Assembly (NCBI RefSeq): GCF_009914755.1
Contig: NC_060929.1
Length of the DNA: 64,000 bases
Strand: one strand, 5' to 3'
DNA from: the human T2T-CHM13v2.0 reference genome, Homo sapiens
Shown: piece by piece, positions 37,303 to 51,009 of the stretch
How positions within the stretch are numbered: position 1 is the stretch's first letter
Layout: the number at the start of each line of letters is the position of its first letter
Position numbers and translations under genes: made by a program
Notes under the pieces: model-generated
Told to the model about the DNA's origin: nothing
The model's database searches: none
What the model saw: only the letters and a program-made list of their open reading frames with translations

Positions 37303-40300
37303 CTTTTCTCAATTCCTCTCACTAAATACAACTAAAAACCCTGGACATTATAGATAAAACAAACATAAGACTCTGAAGGTGGGGAGAAGAAGGCAAACCA
37401 GCTAGGGAAGTCAAGACTCAAGGAATATGTTGGTGAGTTCCCTGGGTTTTCTGTTTCCCTCAGATAGCCCAGAGTTGGTGCTCTACAAATGGGAAAGCCA
37501 AAATATCAACATCTGCAGGCAAAAATAAGCCTTAACAGAAGCCTTCTGTCTCTAACCAAAGGTCTATGAGGGCAGCATAGCAAGACAAAAAACTTTTAGA
37601 AAACAATCGCTGTCTTCAATCAGAGATCACAGAAAAAAACAGCATTCCCACCCCTTCCATTCCAGCAAAGGACCAGTGAGTATTTTTTCCTTTGTGAGGT
37701 TTTAATGGGGTATCACAAGATATTTGTTGGGGTAGTATCAGAGAAGGTCAAGACTGGAGCCAGGTCTTTTAACACTGCAAACTGGCAGCAAATCCCCATT
37801 TCCCTGAAGTGTCGTGAAGACCAGTGGGGGAAGCAAGATACCTGCACCCCATCCTAGTTAAGCAGCATTGCCCCTTCCCCTGCCAGAGTGGTGTCAAAGA
37901 AAGCTACCGAAAACAGAAGGTTTAAATAATTTCTAGAATCTAATAATATAATATGAAAATATTCAGATTTCAATTGAAAATTATTCATCATGCCAAGAAC
38001 CAAAACAATCTCAAAATGAATGAAAAAAACAATCAATAGATACTATGCTGAAATTACAGGAATGCTAAAATTATCTGGCAAAGATTTTAAAGCAGCCCTG
38101 ACAAGAGTCCTTTTCCTGAGAAAACAGACTTGAAAAAATGAAAAAATAGAAAGCTTCACCCAGTATATAGAAAGTTTCAGTAAAGAAATAGGAGATATAT
38201 TTAAAAATTAGAATTTTAGTACTGAAAATTACAGTAATTGAAAGGAAAGCTCTGTTAATGGGCTCAACAGCATAATGAAAGGAACGTAAAAATGAATTTG
38301 TGAAATGGAAGACAGAACTATAGAGACTGCCCAATCTGGACAGCAGAGAGGAAGTGGACTAAAACACAAAAATAAAGAGGGCCTTAGTGACCTGTGGGAC
38401 TATAACAAAAGATCTAAATTTCTGTCATTGAGTCCCAGAAAGAAAGGAGAAAAAAAGGCAGGGCTGAAAAAGTGCTCAAATTAAAAATGGCTGAAAACTT
38501 ACCAAATCTAGGAAAACATTTGAACATACACTTGCAAGATGCAAAGTGAATGGCAAGCATGATAACACAAAGAAATCTGTTCCAAAACAACTTCTGAAAA
38601 TTAAAGAAAAAATTTTTGAAAGCAGCCAGAAAAAAAAAATTGACACCTTACCTATAGGGGCAAATATTCAAATGACAACAGATTCCTCATTAGAACTTAT
38701 GGAAACCAGAAAGAAGTGGCACAACAGTTTTCAAGTGATGAAAGAGAAAAAAACAGAACTGTCAACACAGAATCCTACACCCAGTAAAAATATCTTATAG
38801 GAAAGAAGAGAAAAATCAAGTGTTCTCACACGGAAGAAAACTAAGATAATTTGACACTAGCAGACCTACCCTAAAATGACTAAAGAAAATTCAATAAACA
38901 GAAAAGAAATCATAAAAAAAGAAGCTTGGAACATCAGAAAGAAAGAGAGAACACGATAAAAATATGGGTAAATAGAAGAGATTTTGCTTCTCTTGAGTTT
39001 TCTAAAGTTTGCTTTATGGTTGAAACAAAAATCAACAGTGTCTGATGTGGTCCTAAATGTATGTAAAGAAAACATTTAAGACAATTATAAGTAGGGGATG
39101 GTAGAAGAGCATAAAGGTCAGTGATAATTCTATACTTCACTAGAAATGTTAAAATGACAACACCAGTAGACTGCAATAAGTTATGTATGTATATTGTAAC
39201 ACCTAGAACAACCACCACAAAAGCTATAAAAAAAGCACTCAAAAGCATAAATAAATCAAAATCTTTAGAAATGTGCATATAATCCACATAAAAACAGAAA
39301 GAAGAAAGTAAAGAAGTGAAACGCAGAGAATAAACAAAAAACAAAATATAAAATGGCAGAATCGAGCCTTAACATATCAATAATTACATTAAATTTAAAT
39401 GGTTACTACATCAATAGAAGACAGAGATAGGCAGCACTGATTTTAAAAACAACTCCTCCCAACTATATGCTACAAGAAACCCCTTCAAATATAATGATAT
39501 TGACCAGTTGAAAATAAAAGGGTGGAAAAGACATATCATGCAAACAAGAGAAAAGCAAGAGTGGTTATAGTAATATCAAATAAAGTACCCTGTAGAGCAA
39601 AGAAAATTACCAGCTGCAGAGATTATATGTCATGATAAAAGTGTCAATTCACCAAAAAGTCATAGCAATCTTAAATGTATTTACACCAAACAATAGAACT
39701 GCAAAATACATGAAGTAAAACTGACAAAGCTGAAAGAAGAAATAAATCCAAAATTATATTTGAAGATTGCAATAACTTTCTCTCAAAATTGATATAACAG
39801 CTACATGGAAAATCAACAGTTATACAGAATTCAATAACACCAACAACCAACAGAATCTAATCAACATTTATGAAACACACACCCTACAAGAGCAGAATAC
39901 ATTGTTTTCAAGTGTCCATATAATATATTCTAAGATATGCCATATCCTGAATCATGAATGTAAAAGAATTGAAATTATCCAGATTGTGTTCTCTGACCAC
40001 AATGGAATAAACTGGAAATCAGTAACAGAAAGATAACAGAAAAATCTCTAAGTACTTGAAAACTAAACAATACATTTTAAAGTAGTCTGTGGGTCAAATA
40101 CAAAAACTCAAGGGAAATTTTAAAAATACACTGAGAAATAAAAGTGAAAATACAATGTATCAAAATTTGTGGGGCACAGCTAAAGCACTGCTGAGTGGGA
40201 AATGTACAGCATAAAATATATACATTAGATAGAGAAGAAATAACAAAAATAATCTGAATTCCCACCTAAAGAACCTAGAAAAAAAAGGGAATAAAATAAA

Positions 40301-41708
40301 CACAAACCAAGCAGTAGGAGGAAAATAATAAACAAGAGAAATCAGTGAAATCGAAAACAGAAAAACAATAGAGAACATCAATGAAACAATGAGATGGTTC
40401 TTTGAAAAGATCAACAAAATTGACAAATCTTTGGCAAGACTAAGAAAAAAGAAGAGAAAAAGCAAATGTTGGTTAATTTCAGAAATGAAACAGGACATAT
40501 TACTACAGACCCTGCAGACATAAAGTGAAGAATAAAAGAACACTATGAACAACTAACGCAATTCACCTTATATGAAATAGGTAGACTGAAGAGCCCTGTA
40601 ACTATTAAAGAATTCAATATTGATTTAAAACTATCCCAAAAAGGAAATCTCCAGACCCAGATACTTTTACTAAAGGATTTTACCAAATGTGTAAAGAATA
40701 ATTCACAACAGCGTTATAAAATCTCCTCCAGAAAACAGAAAAGAAGAAAATACTTCCCATTTTATGACATTAGTTTAATGTCAAAAATAAACAATGATGG
40801 TACAAATAACAGAAAACTACAGACCAATATCCCTCATGAATAAGAGGCAAAAGTCTTTAATAAAAATTTTAGCAAATAGAATTCAGCAACTCATAAAAAA
40901 TTATACACCATTACCAAGTAGAGTTTATTCCAGAGACAGGTGGCTAAATACTCAGCAGTCAATAAATAAATGTAATTCACCTTATTAACAGGCTAAACAA
41001 AATCACATGTTGGTATCAGTCAGCAGAAAAGCATTTTACAAAATTTAACACCTATTCATGATTTTTAAAACTCTCAGGAAAGAAATGGAAATGGAGGAAA
41101 TCTTCCTCAACTTGATAATAACATCTACAAAAAACTTAGAGTTAATATTACACTTAATGGTGAAAGATTAAATGCTTTCTCCCTAAATCAGGCCAAAAGC
41201 ACATATGAGTTGGGCTAGTGGCACACACACCTTTAGTCCTAGCTACTTTAGCTACTTGGGAGGCTGAGGCAGATTACTTGAGCCCAGAAGTTCAAATCCA
41301 CGTTACCCTGTCTCAAAAAAAAAAAAAAAGTCTTCTTTCAGAAGTCATATTCAAGACAATGCTAGACCTTCTAGCCAGTGCAAGAAGATGAGAAAAGGAA
41401 ACATAAGGCATCAATTGAAATGAAAGATATTAAACTGTTCCTATTTGTAGATGACATGATTTATTTATATAGAAAATGCTAAGGAATCTATAAAAACAAA
41501 ACTCCAAGAACTAATAAGGTAGTTCAGCAGATCTCAGAATACAAGATATATAAACATCAATTGAATTTTTATATACTAGCAATAAACATGTGGGCGCCAA
41601 AAATGAACATACAACACTACATAAAATTATTCAAACAAATACAATTCCTAGGTGTAAATCTTACAAAATATGTACAGGACTTGTATGCAGAAAACTGCAC
41701 AACACTGA
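37303..41708 (+). mobile_element. L1MC1-type LINE-1, 5' part (5'UTR, ORF1, ORF2 to RT)
   Basis: caactaaaaaccctggacatta 5' end; ORF2 start near 39352; NYRPISLMN. Confidence 0.85.
41209..41329 (+). mobile_element. FLAM/Alu monomer inside the L1MC
   Basis: gctacttgggaggctgaggc..cttgagcccagaagttc plus A tail. Confidence 0.8.
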
Positions 41709-44700
41709 GGGTTTTAATCATAAAGGGATTCTGGATTTTGTCAAATTCTTTTTCTGCATCTATTGAGATGATTGTGATTTTTTATTTTAATTCTGTTTAT
41801 GTGGTGTATCACATTTACTGATTTGCATGTGTTAAACCATCACTGCATCCCTGGTACACTTGATCATGGTGGATTATCTTTTTGATGTGCTGTTGGATTT
41901 GGTTAGCTAGCATTTTATTGAGGATTTTTGCATCTGTGTTCATCAGGGATGCTGGCCTGTAGTTTTCTTTGTTTGTTATGTTCTTTCCTGATGTTGGTAT
42001 TAGAGTGATACTGGCTTCATGGAATGATTTAGGGAGGGTTCCCTCTACCTTGTGGAATAATGTCAATAGGATTGGTACCAATCCTTCTTTGAATGTCTGG
42101 TAGAATTCTGCTGTGAATCCGTCTAGACCTGGATTTTTTTCTGTTGGCAATTTTTTTTAGCACCATTTCAATCTTGCTACTTGTTATTGGTCTGTTCAGA
42201 GTTCCTATTTCTTCCTGGTTTAATGTAGGAGAGTTGTATATTTCCAGGAATTTATCTGTCTCCTCTGGGTTTTCTAGTTTGTGTGCATAACAGTATTGAC
42301 AGTAGGCTTGAATGATCTTTTGTATTTCTGTGGTATTAGTTGTAATATCTCCCATTTTGTTCTAATTGAACTTATTTGGATCTTTTCTTTTCTTGGTTAA
42401 TCTTGCTAATGGTTTATCAATTTTGTTTATCTTTTCAAAGAACTAGCTTTTTATTTCATTTATCTTTTATATTTTTTTGTTTGTTTCAATTTCTTTTAGT
42501 TCTGCTCTAATCTTTGTTATTTCTTTTCTTCTGCTGTGTTTGGGTTTGGTTTGTTCTTGTTCCTGTATTTCCTTGAGGTGTCACTTTACTTTGTCTTATT
42601 TGTGCTCTTTCAGAGTTTTTGATGTAGGCATTTAATGGTGTGAACTTTCTTCTTAGCACTGCTTTTGCTATATCTCAGAGGTTTTGATAGGATGTGTCAC
42701 TATTATCATTCAGTGTAAATAATTTTTTAATTTCATCTTGATTTTATTGTTGACTCAGTGATCATTCTAGAGCAGGTTATTTAATTTCCACGTATTTTTA
42801 TGGTTTTGAAGGTTCTCTTTGGAGTTGATTTCCAATTTTATTCCACTGTGGTCTGAGAGAGTACTTGATATAATTTCAATTTTCTTAAATTTGTTGAGAC
42901 TTGTTTTGTGGCCTATCATACACGGTCTATCTTGGAGAATGTTCCATGTGCTGATGAATAGAATGTGTATTTTGCAATTGTTGGGTAGAATGTTCTGTAA
43001 ATATCTGTTAAGTCCATTTGCTGTAGGGTATAGTTGAGGTCCATTGTTTCTTTGTTGAGTTTCTGTCTTGATGATCTGTCTAGTGCTGTCAGTGGAGTAT
43101 TAAAGTCCCCCACTATTATTGTGTTGGCATCTATCTCATTTTGTAGGTCTAGTAGTAATTGTTTTATAAATTTGGGAGCTCCAGTGTTAGGGGTGCATGT
43201 ATATTTAGGATTCTCATATTTTACTGTTGAATTAGCCCTTTTATCATTATATAGCATCCCTCTTTGTATTTTTTAACTGTTGTTGCTTTACAGTCTGTTT
43301 TGTCTGATATAACAATAGCTAGGCCTGCTTGCTTTTGGTGCCCATTTGCAGGGAATATCTTTTTACACACCTTTACCTTAAGTTTATGTGTGTCCTTATG
43401 TGTTAGGTGAGTCTCTTGAAGACAGCAGATACTTAGTTAATTCTTATCCATTCTGCCATTCTGTATCATTTAAGTGGAACCTTTAGGCTATTTACATTCC
43501 ACGATAGTATTGAGAAGTGAGGTACTATTCTGTCCATTATGCTAGTTGCTGCCTGAATACCTTATTTTTTATTCATTGTGTTATTGTTTTATAGGTCCTA
43601 TGAGATTTATGCCTTAGGAGTATTCTATTTTGCTGTATTTTGAGGATTTGTTTCAATTTAGAGCTCCTTTTAGCAGTTCTTGTGGTGCTGGCTTGGTAGT
43701 GGTAGAGGTGAATTCTCTCAGTATTTGTCTAAAAAACACTGTATCTTTCCTTCATTTATGAAGCTTAGTTTTGCTGGATACAAAATTCTTAGCTGATGAT
43801 TGTTTTGTTTAAGGAGGCTAAGATAGGGCCCCAGTTTCTTCTAGCTTGTAGGGCTTTTGCTGAGGAATCTGCTCTTAATCTGAAAAGCTTTCATTTATAG
43901 GTTACCAGATGCTTTTGCATCATAGGTCTTAAGATTCTTTCCTTCGTCTTGACTTTAAATAACCTGATGATTATGTCCCTAGGTGATGATTTTTTGTGCA
44001 AATGAATTTCCCAAGTGTTCTTTGAGCTTCCTGTATTTGGATGTCTAAATCTCTAGCAAGGCCATGGAAGTTTTCCTTGATTATTGCCTCAAATAGATTC
44101 TCCAGACTTTTAGATTTCTCTTCTTCCTTGGGAACACCAATTATTCCTAGGTTTGGTTATTCAACATAATCCCAAAGTTCTTGAAGATTTTCTTCATTTT
44201 TTAAAATTCTTTTTTCTTTGTCTTTGTTGGATTGGGTTAACTCGAAAGCCTTGTTGTTGAGCCCTGAAGTTCTTTCTTCTACTTGTTTAATCCTATTACT
44301 GAGACATTCCAGTGTATTTTGCATTTCCCTAAGTATGTCCTTCATTTCCAGAAGATGTGATTGTCTTTTATTTTTGCTACCTATTTCTCTGGTGATTTTT
44401 CCATCTATATTCTGTAACTTTTTTTTTATTTCTCAAAGTTGGTATTCACCTTTCTCTCGTGTCTCCCTAAGTAGTTTAATAATTTGGACTTCTGAATTCT
44501 TTTTCTGGCAGTTCAAAGATTTCTTCATGGTTTGGATCCATTGCTGGTGAGCTAGTATGATCTCCTGGGGGTATTAAGCAACCTTGTATTGTCATTACCA
44601 GAATTGTTTTTCTGGTTTCTTCCCATTTGGGTAGATTATGTCAGATGGAAGATCTGGGCCTCAACAGCTATTGTTCAGATTATTTTGTCCCACGGAGTGC

Positions 44701-46083
44701 TCCCTTGATGTGGTGCTCTCCCCCTTCCTCTAGGGATGAGCCTTCCTGAGAGCTGGATTGCAGTAATTGTTATTGCTCTTTTGGGTCTAGCTGCCATTGG
44801 GGTCACTGGGCTCCAGGCTGGTACTGAGGAGTGTCTGTAGAGTCCTGTGATGTGATCCACCTTCAGATCTCTCAGCTGTGGATACAAGCACCTGCTCCAG
44901 TGCAGGTAGCAGGGAAGTGAAGTGGATCCTGTGAGGGTCCTTGGTTATAGTTTTGTTTAGTGCACTGGTTTTATGTTGGGTGGCCTCCAGCCAGGAGGTG
45001 GCACTTTCAAGAGAGCATCAGCTGATGTAGTATAGGGAGGATACAGCTTGCTCTAGGGTTATCTGGATAAGTATTTGCATTTCTCAGATGGTGGGCACAG
45101 CCATAGAGCTTCTAAGAGATTATGTCCTTTGTTTTCAGCTACTAAGGCAGGTAGAGAAATATCATCAGATGGGGTCAGAGTTAGGCGTGTCTGAGCAGGG
45201 CTTGCTGTGGCCATTGTATTAGATGGGTGTATGGTTCTCAGGCCAATGGAGTTATGTTCCCAGAGGGATTATGGCTAACTCTGCTGTGTTATACAGGTTG
45301 CCAGGGAACGGGGGGAAAGCTGGCAGTGGCAGGCCTCACCCAATTCCCACAGAGCACTAAAGGCCAGTCTCACTCCCAGGGTGCCTCCTTCAACAGCCCA
45401 GAGTTTATTTCCAGGCAACCAGTGAGCAGGGCTGAGAACATGTTCTGGGCTATAAGCCTCCCCACTAAGAAAGCAAGCAGGGCTTTCAGGTCTCAGGCCT
45501 CCCCACCTGTCTTGGTTTCCATACTCATATCTGCACACCCTGTTTGCCTCCTCCCTTGGATTCTGTCCAGGAAACCTCACATTTGGTTGAAATTATTACA
45601 AATTTCAGCTGGAAGTTTCCTTCTCCCTGTGGTCTTTCCCTAATGCCACTGGCAGCCCTCCCCAAGAACACCTATGAGACAGTCAGGAATAACTTCCCTG
45701 GGGACCAAGAGTGTCCACAGGGTACTTTCTGCTGCTTTCTCTACCCCTATATTTTGCTCAGCTTTCTAAATTTTTCTCAGATCCAGGTAAGGTCAAATAC
45801 TTCTCCCATGAACTGAACCTATAGGTTCTTGAACGGGGATGTGTGTTCAGGGACGGATGTTCCCCCTCACATTTTGGGCACTCATAGTTTTTCAGCAGAT
45901 TCATGGAGCCTGCAGTGGTAAACCACTTCCTTCCAAGGGTCCGTGGATTGTCTTGGCTTTCCCGGTATGTACCTGTGGTAGTTCCTGAAGCAAAAGTTTA
46001 CAATGTGAGTCTCCACACACTGCTCTATCTGTCTCAGTAGAAGCTGCAAGTTAGTCCTGCCTCCTATCTGTCATCTTTTCTCC
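41709..46083 (-). mobile_element. L1PB (L1PB2-like): inverted 5' segment (5'UTR, ORF1, first part of ORF2)
   Basis: Minus-strand EN peptides (IIVGDFNTPL..HGTFSKID); 5' end gataggaggcaggactaacttgcagct. Confidence 0.9.
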
Positions 46084-47390
46084 ATATTCCAGCATCTCTT
46101 TATGATTAAAACCCTCAGCAAAATTAGAATAAGGGACACACCTTAAAGTAATAAAAGCCATTTATGGCAAGACAACATTATACTGAACAGGGAAAAGTTG
46201 AAAGGAGTCCCCCTGAGAACCGGAACAAGACAAGGATGTCCACTTTCACCACTTCTATTCAACATAATACTGGAAGTCCTAGCCAGAGCAATCAGAAAAG
46301 AGAAGGAGATAAAGGGCATCCAAATAAGTAATGAGGAAGTCAAACTGTTGCTGTTTGCTTATGATGTGATTATGTACCTAGAAACCCCTAAAGACTCATC
46401 CAAAAAGCTCCTAGAACTGATAAATGAATTCAGTATGTTGCTGGGTACAAAACTAACATACACAAATCAGTAGCACAGCTATACACCAACAATGACCAAG
46501 CTGAGAATCAAATAAAGAACTCAAACTCTTTTACAATAGCTGCAAAAAATAAAATAAAATACTTGGGAATATGCCTAACCAAGGAGGTGAAATACGTCTA
46601 CATGGAAAACTACAAAACATTGCTGAAAGAACTCATAGATGACACAAATAAATGGAAATGCATCCCATCCTCATGAAGGGTAGTATCAATATTGTGAAAA
46701 TGACCATACTGCCAAAAGCAATCTACAGATTCGATGCAATTCTCATCAAAATATTATCAACATTCTTCACAGAACTAGAAAAAACAGTCTTAACATTCAT
46801 ATGGAACCCAAAAAGAGCCCACACAACCAATGTAAGATTAAGCAAAAAGAACAAATCTGGAGGCATCATGTTACCCACTTCAAACTATAATATAAGGCTA
46901 CAGTCATCAAAGCAGCATGGTACTGGTATAAAAATTGTACATAGACCAATGGAACAGAATAGAGAACCCAGAAATAAACCCAAATACTTACAGCCAACTG
47001 ATCTTTGGGGAACATCAAGTGGGGGAAAGGACATCCTATTCACCAAATGGTGCTAGGATATGTAGATGTATGAAACTGGATTCTCATCCCTCACCTTATA
47101 AAAAAATCAACTCAAAATGGATCAAAGACTTAAATCTAAAGCCTAAAACCATAAAAATTCTAGAAGACAGCACTGGAAAAATCCTCCTAGACACTGACTT
47201 AGGCAAAGACTTCATGACCCAGAACCCACAGTAAACAGACAACTCATAGAGTGAGAGAAAATCTTTGCAAACTATGCATCTGACAAAGGACAAATATCCA
47301 GAATCTACAAGGAACACAAATCAGCAAGAACAAAACAAACAATCCTATGAAAAAGTGACCTAAGGACATGAATAGGCAATTCTGATATAC

Positions 47391-48300
47391 TCATCTGACA
47401 AAGGTCTAATATCCAGAATTTACAAGGAATTTAAACGAATTTACAAGAAAAAAACAAACAACCACATCACAAAGTGGGCAAATGATGTGAACAGACAATT
47501 TGCGAAAGAAGATATTTATGCAGCCAACAACCATGAAAAAAAGCTCAACATCACTGATCATTAGAGAAATGCAAATCAAAACCACAAGATACCATTTCAC
47601 ACCAGTCAGATTGGTGATTATTAAAAAGTCAAGAGATAACAGATGCTGGCACATCTGTGGAGTAATAGGAACACTTTTACACTGTTGGTGAGAATGTAAA
47701 TTAGTTCAACCATTGTGGAAGGCAGTGTGGCAATTCCTCAAGGATCTAGAACCAGAAATACGATTTGACCTAGCAATCTCTTACTGGGTATATACCCCAA
47801 GGAATATAAATCATTTTATTTTAAAGATACATGCACATGCATGTTTATTGCAACACTACTCACAATAGCAAAGACATGGAACCAACCGAAATGCCCATCA
47901 ATGATAGACTGGATAAGGAAAATGTGGTACATATACACCATGGAATACTATGCACCCATACAGATGAATGAGATCATATTCTTTGAAGGGACATGGATGA
48001 AGCTGGACACCATTATCCTCAGCAACCTAACTCAGGAACAGAAACAAAACACTGCATATTCTCATTCATAAGTGGGAGATGAATAATGAGGACACATGGA
48101 CACAGGGAAAGGAACAACACACACTGGGGCCTGTTGGAGTTAGGGGAAAGGGGATGGAGAGCATCAGGACAAATAGCTAATGCTTAAAACTAGGTGATGG
48201 GTTGATAGATGCAGCATACCACCATGGCACATGTATATGTAACAAACCTGCACATTCTGCACATGTATCCTGGAACTTAAAGTAAAAAAATTAAAAAAAA
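47391..48300 (+). mobile_element. 5'-truncated L1PA (about PA10-13) inserted in the L1PB
   Basis: 3' end gcatcaggacaaatagctaatgc..cacatgtatcctggaacttaaagtaaaa; host sequence resumes at 48301. Confidence 0.85.
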
Positions 48301-48724
48301 GGAGATACACAAATGGCCAACAAACATATAAAAAATACTTAACATCACTATTTATCAGGAAAATGCAAATCAAAACCATAATGCAATACCTTCTTATTCT
48401 TGCAGGAAAGGCCATAATCAAAACACTTAAAAAAATAGATGTTGGCATAGATATGGTAAAAAGGGAACACTTTTACACTGCTAGCGGGAATGTAAACTAG
48501 TACAACCATTATAGGAAATAGTGTGGAAATTCTTTAAAGAACTAAAAGTAGATCTACCATTTGTTCCAGCAGTCCCACCACTGGGTAACTGCCCCAGAGG
48601 AAAAACAGTCATTACATGAAAAAGACACTTGCATATGAAGGTTTATAGCAGCACAATTTACAATTGCAAAAATATGGAACCAGCTCAAATGCCTGCCAAT
48701 CAATGAGTGGAAATAGAAAATATG

Positions 48725-48735
48725 GTGTGTGTGTG

Positions 48736-48819
<84 letters not shown>

Positions 48820-48850
48820 AAATATGGTGTGTGTGTATATATGTATATAT
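48725..48850. repeat. Compound (GT)(TA)(GA) microsatellite within the L1PB
   Basis: Direct reading. Confidence 0.95.
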
Positions 48851-49288
48851 AACATGGAATACTACTCTCCCATAAAAAGGAATGACATAATGGCATTTGC
48901 AGCAATCTCGATGGAATTGGAGACCATTATTCTAACTGGATTAACTCAGCAATGGAAAACCAAACATTATATGTTTTCACTCATAAGTGGGAGCTAAGCT
49001 ATGAGAATAAAAAGGCATAAGAATGATACAATGAATGGACTTTGTGGACTTAGGGGAAAGGGTGGGAGGGGGATGAGGGATAAGAGACTACATATTGTGT
49101 ACAGTAAACACTGCCTAGGTGAGAGGTGCACCAAAATCTCAGAAATCACCACTAAAGAAAGTATCCATGTAACCAAACCTACCCATTCACCAAAAAAAAC
49201 TATTGAAATAAAATAAACAAATAAAATATGAAATGTTTATAAGAAGAATATATTGAAATTAAAGCTACTTGAATTCTTGGGTAAAAAA

Positions 49289-50995
49289 AGAAAACTGCAC
49301 AACACTGATAAAAGAAATCAAAGGATGTCTAATTAAAAGGAAAGTCATTCCATTCATGGACTGAGAGACTAAACATAGTAAAGATGTCAATTCTCCCTAA
49401 ATTGATATATGGATTTTTTTGCAGTAACTATAAAAATCACAGTAAAACTTTTTGTAGATATAGAAAAAAATTCTAAAATTTATATGGAAAGGTAAAATAT
49501 TTAGAATACCTAAAACAATTTTTAAGGAAGAATAAAGTGTGAGAAATTTGATTTATTACATAGTTACTGTAATCAAGATCATATGGTATTTGCAGAGGGA
49601 TAGACATAGATCATAGGTTAATTGAACAGAACTTACAACCATTAATAGATCCAACTGATTTTTGACAAAAGTGCAAAAGTAATTCAATGGAGAACAGACA
49701 GCCTTTTCAAGTAGTTCAGGAGCAATAAAACATCCATAAGCAAAAGCATGAACATCCATTAACCTAAGTGTCACAATCTTTTACAAAAATTAATTCAAAA
49801 TGGACCAAAGACTTAAATATAAAATGCAAAAGTATAAAACTTTTAGAAAATTAACATAGGAGAAATTCTTCTGGACCTAAGTGGACAAAGAATTCTTACA
49901 CTTGATACCAAAAGTATGATTCATATAAAGAAAAATTGATAAATTGTACTTCAGAATTAAAAATGTTTGTTCTGCAAAAACTAATAAAATTTTTAAAAGA
50001 CAAACTACAGAGTGAAAAGAAATATTTGTTAGCCACATATGTGACAAAGAACTAGTATCTGGGAAATAAATAAATCCAATTAGAACATGGGCAAAAGACA
50101 TGAACACTAATGGCATTTTATCAAAGAAGATATATAGATTTCAAATATATCTATGTATCATAAAAAGATGTTTAACATCATTAGCCATTAAAGAAATGCA
50201 AATTAACCACAATGAGATAACACCAGAAGCTATCACAATGTTAAAAAATAGTAACAACATCAAATTCTGGAAAGGATGCAGAGAAACTGGATCATTCATA
50301 CATTGCTGGATGAAATGTGAAATGGTACAGCTACGCTGTGAAATAGTTTGGCAGTTTCTCAAAAAACTAAACATGCAATTACCATAAGACCCAGCAATTG
50401 TACTGCTGGGAATTTATCCCAGAGAAACAGAAACTTATGTTCACACACAAAAAAACATTTACCCAAACATTTATACCAGCCTTATTTATAATAGCCCAAA
50501 CCTGGAGACAACCCAGATGTCCTTCAGTGGGTAAATGGTTAAACTGTAGTATGTCTACATGATGGGACACTACTCAGAAAGAAATAGAAAGAGCTACTGA
50601 TACATGCAACAATCTGTATAAATCTCTGGAGAAATATGCTGAGTGAAATAAGCCTACCTAAAAAGTTATATACTATATGATTCCATTTATGTAACATGCT
50701 GGAAATAACAATATTATAGAAATGGAGAATAAATTATTGGTTACCTGAAGTTAAAGAGGAGATGAGAGGGAAGTTGTTGTGGCTATAAAAAGACTATGTG
50801 AGAGATTCTTGTGGTGATGGAAATGTTCTGTGTCTTGACTATATCAATGTCAATATTTTGGTTGTGATATCGTACTATAATTTTGCAAGCTGTTATCACT
50901 GGAGGAAACTAGATAATGAGTACACAGGTCTGTCTGTATTAATTCATACAACTGCATGTGAATCTACAGTTATCTCAAAATACCATATTTAATAT
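49289..50995 (+). mobile_element. L1MC1-type LINE-1, 3' part
   Basis: 3'UTR gtggtgatggaaatgttctgtgtcttgact..actgcatgtgaatctacagttatctcaaaa. Confidence 0.9.
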
Positions 50996-51009
50996 TTTAA
51001 TAACAAACC

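Larger units (their letters stand above)
46088..49288 (+). mobile_element. L1PB (L1PB2-like): non-inverted 3' segment with short 3' transduction
   Basis: RT peptide [20 protein letters not shown]; 3'UTR gtgcaccaaaatctcagaaatcaccactaaagaa; 20-bp TSD at 41689 and 49289. Confidence 0.9.

Noticed and set aside
15028-50992. Many 60-138 aa ORFs with endonuclease/RT similarity
   Set aside because: Broken fragments of L1 ORF1/ORF2, not host genes; no intact L1 ORF remains.
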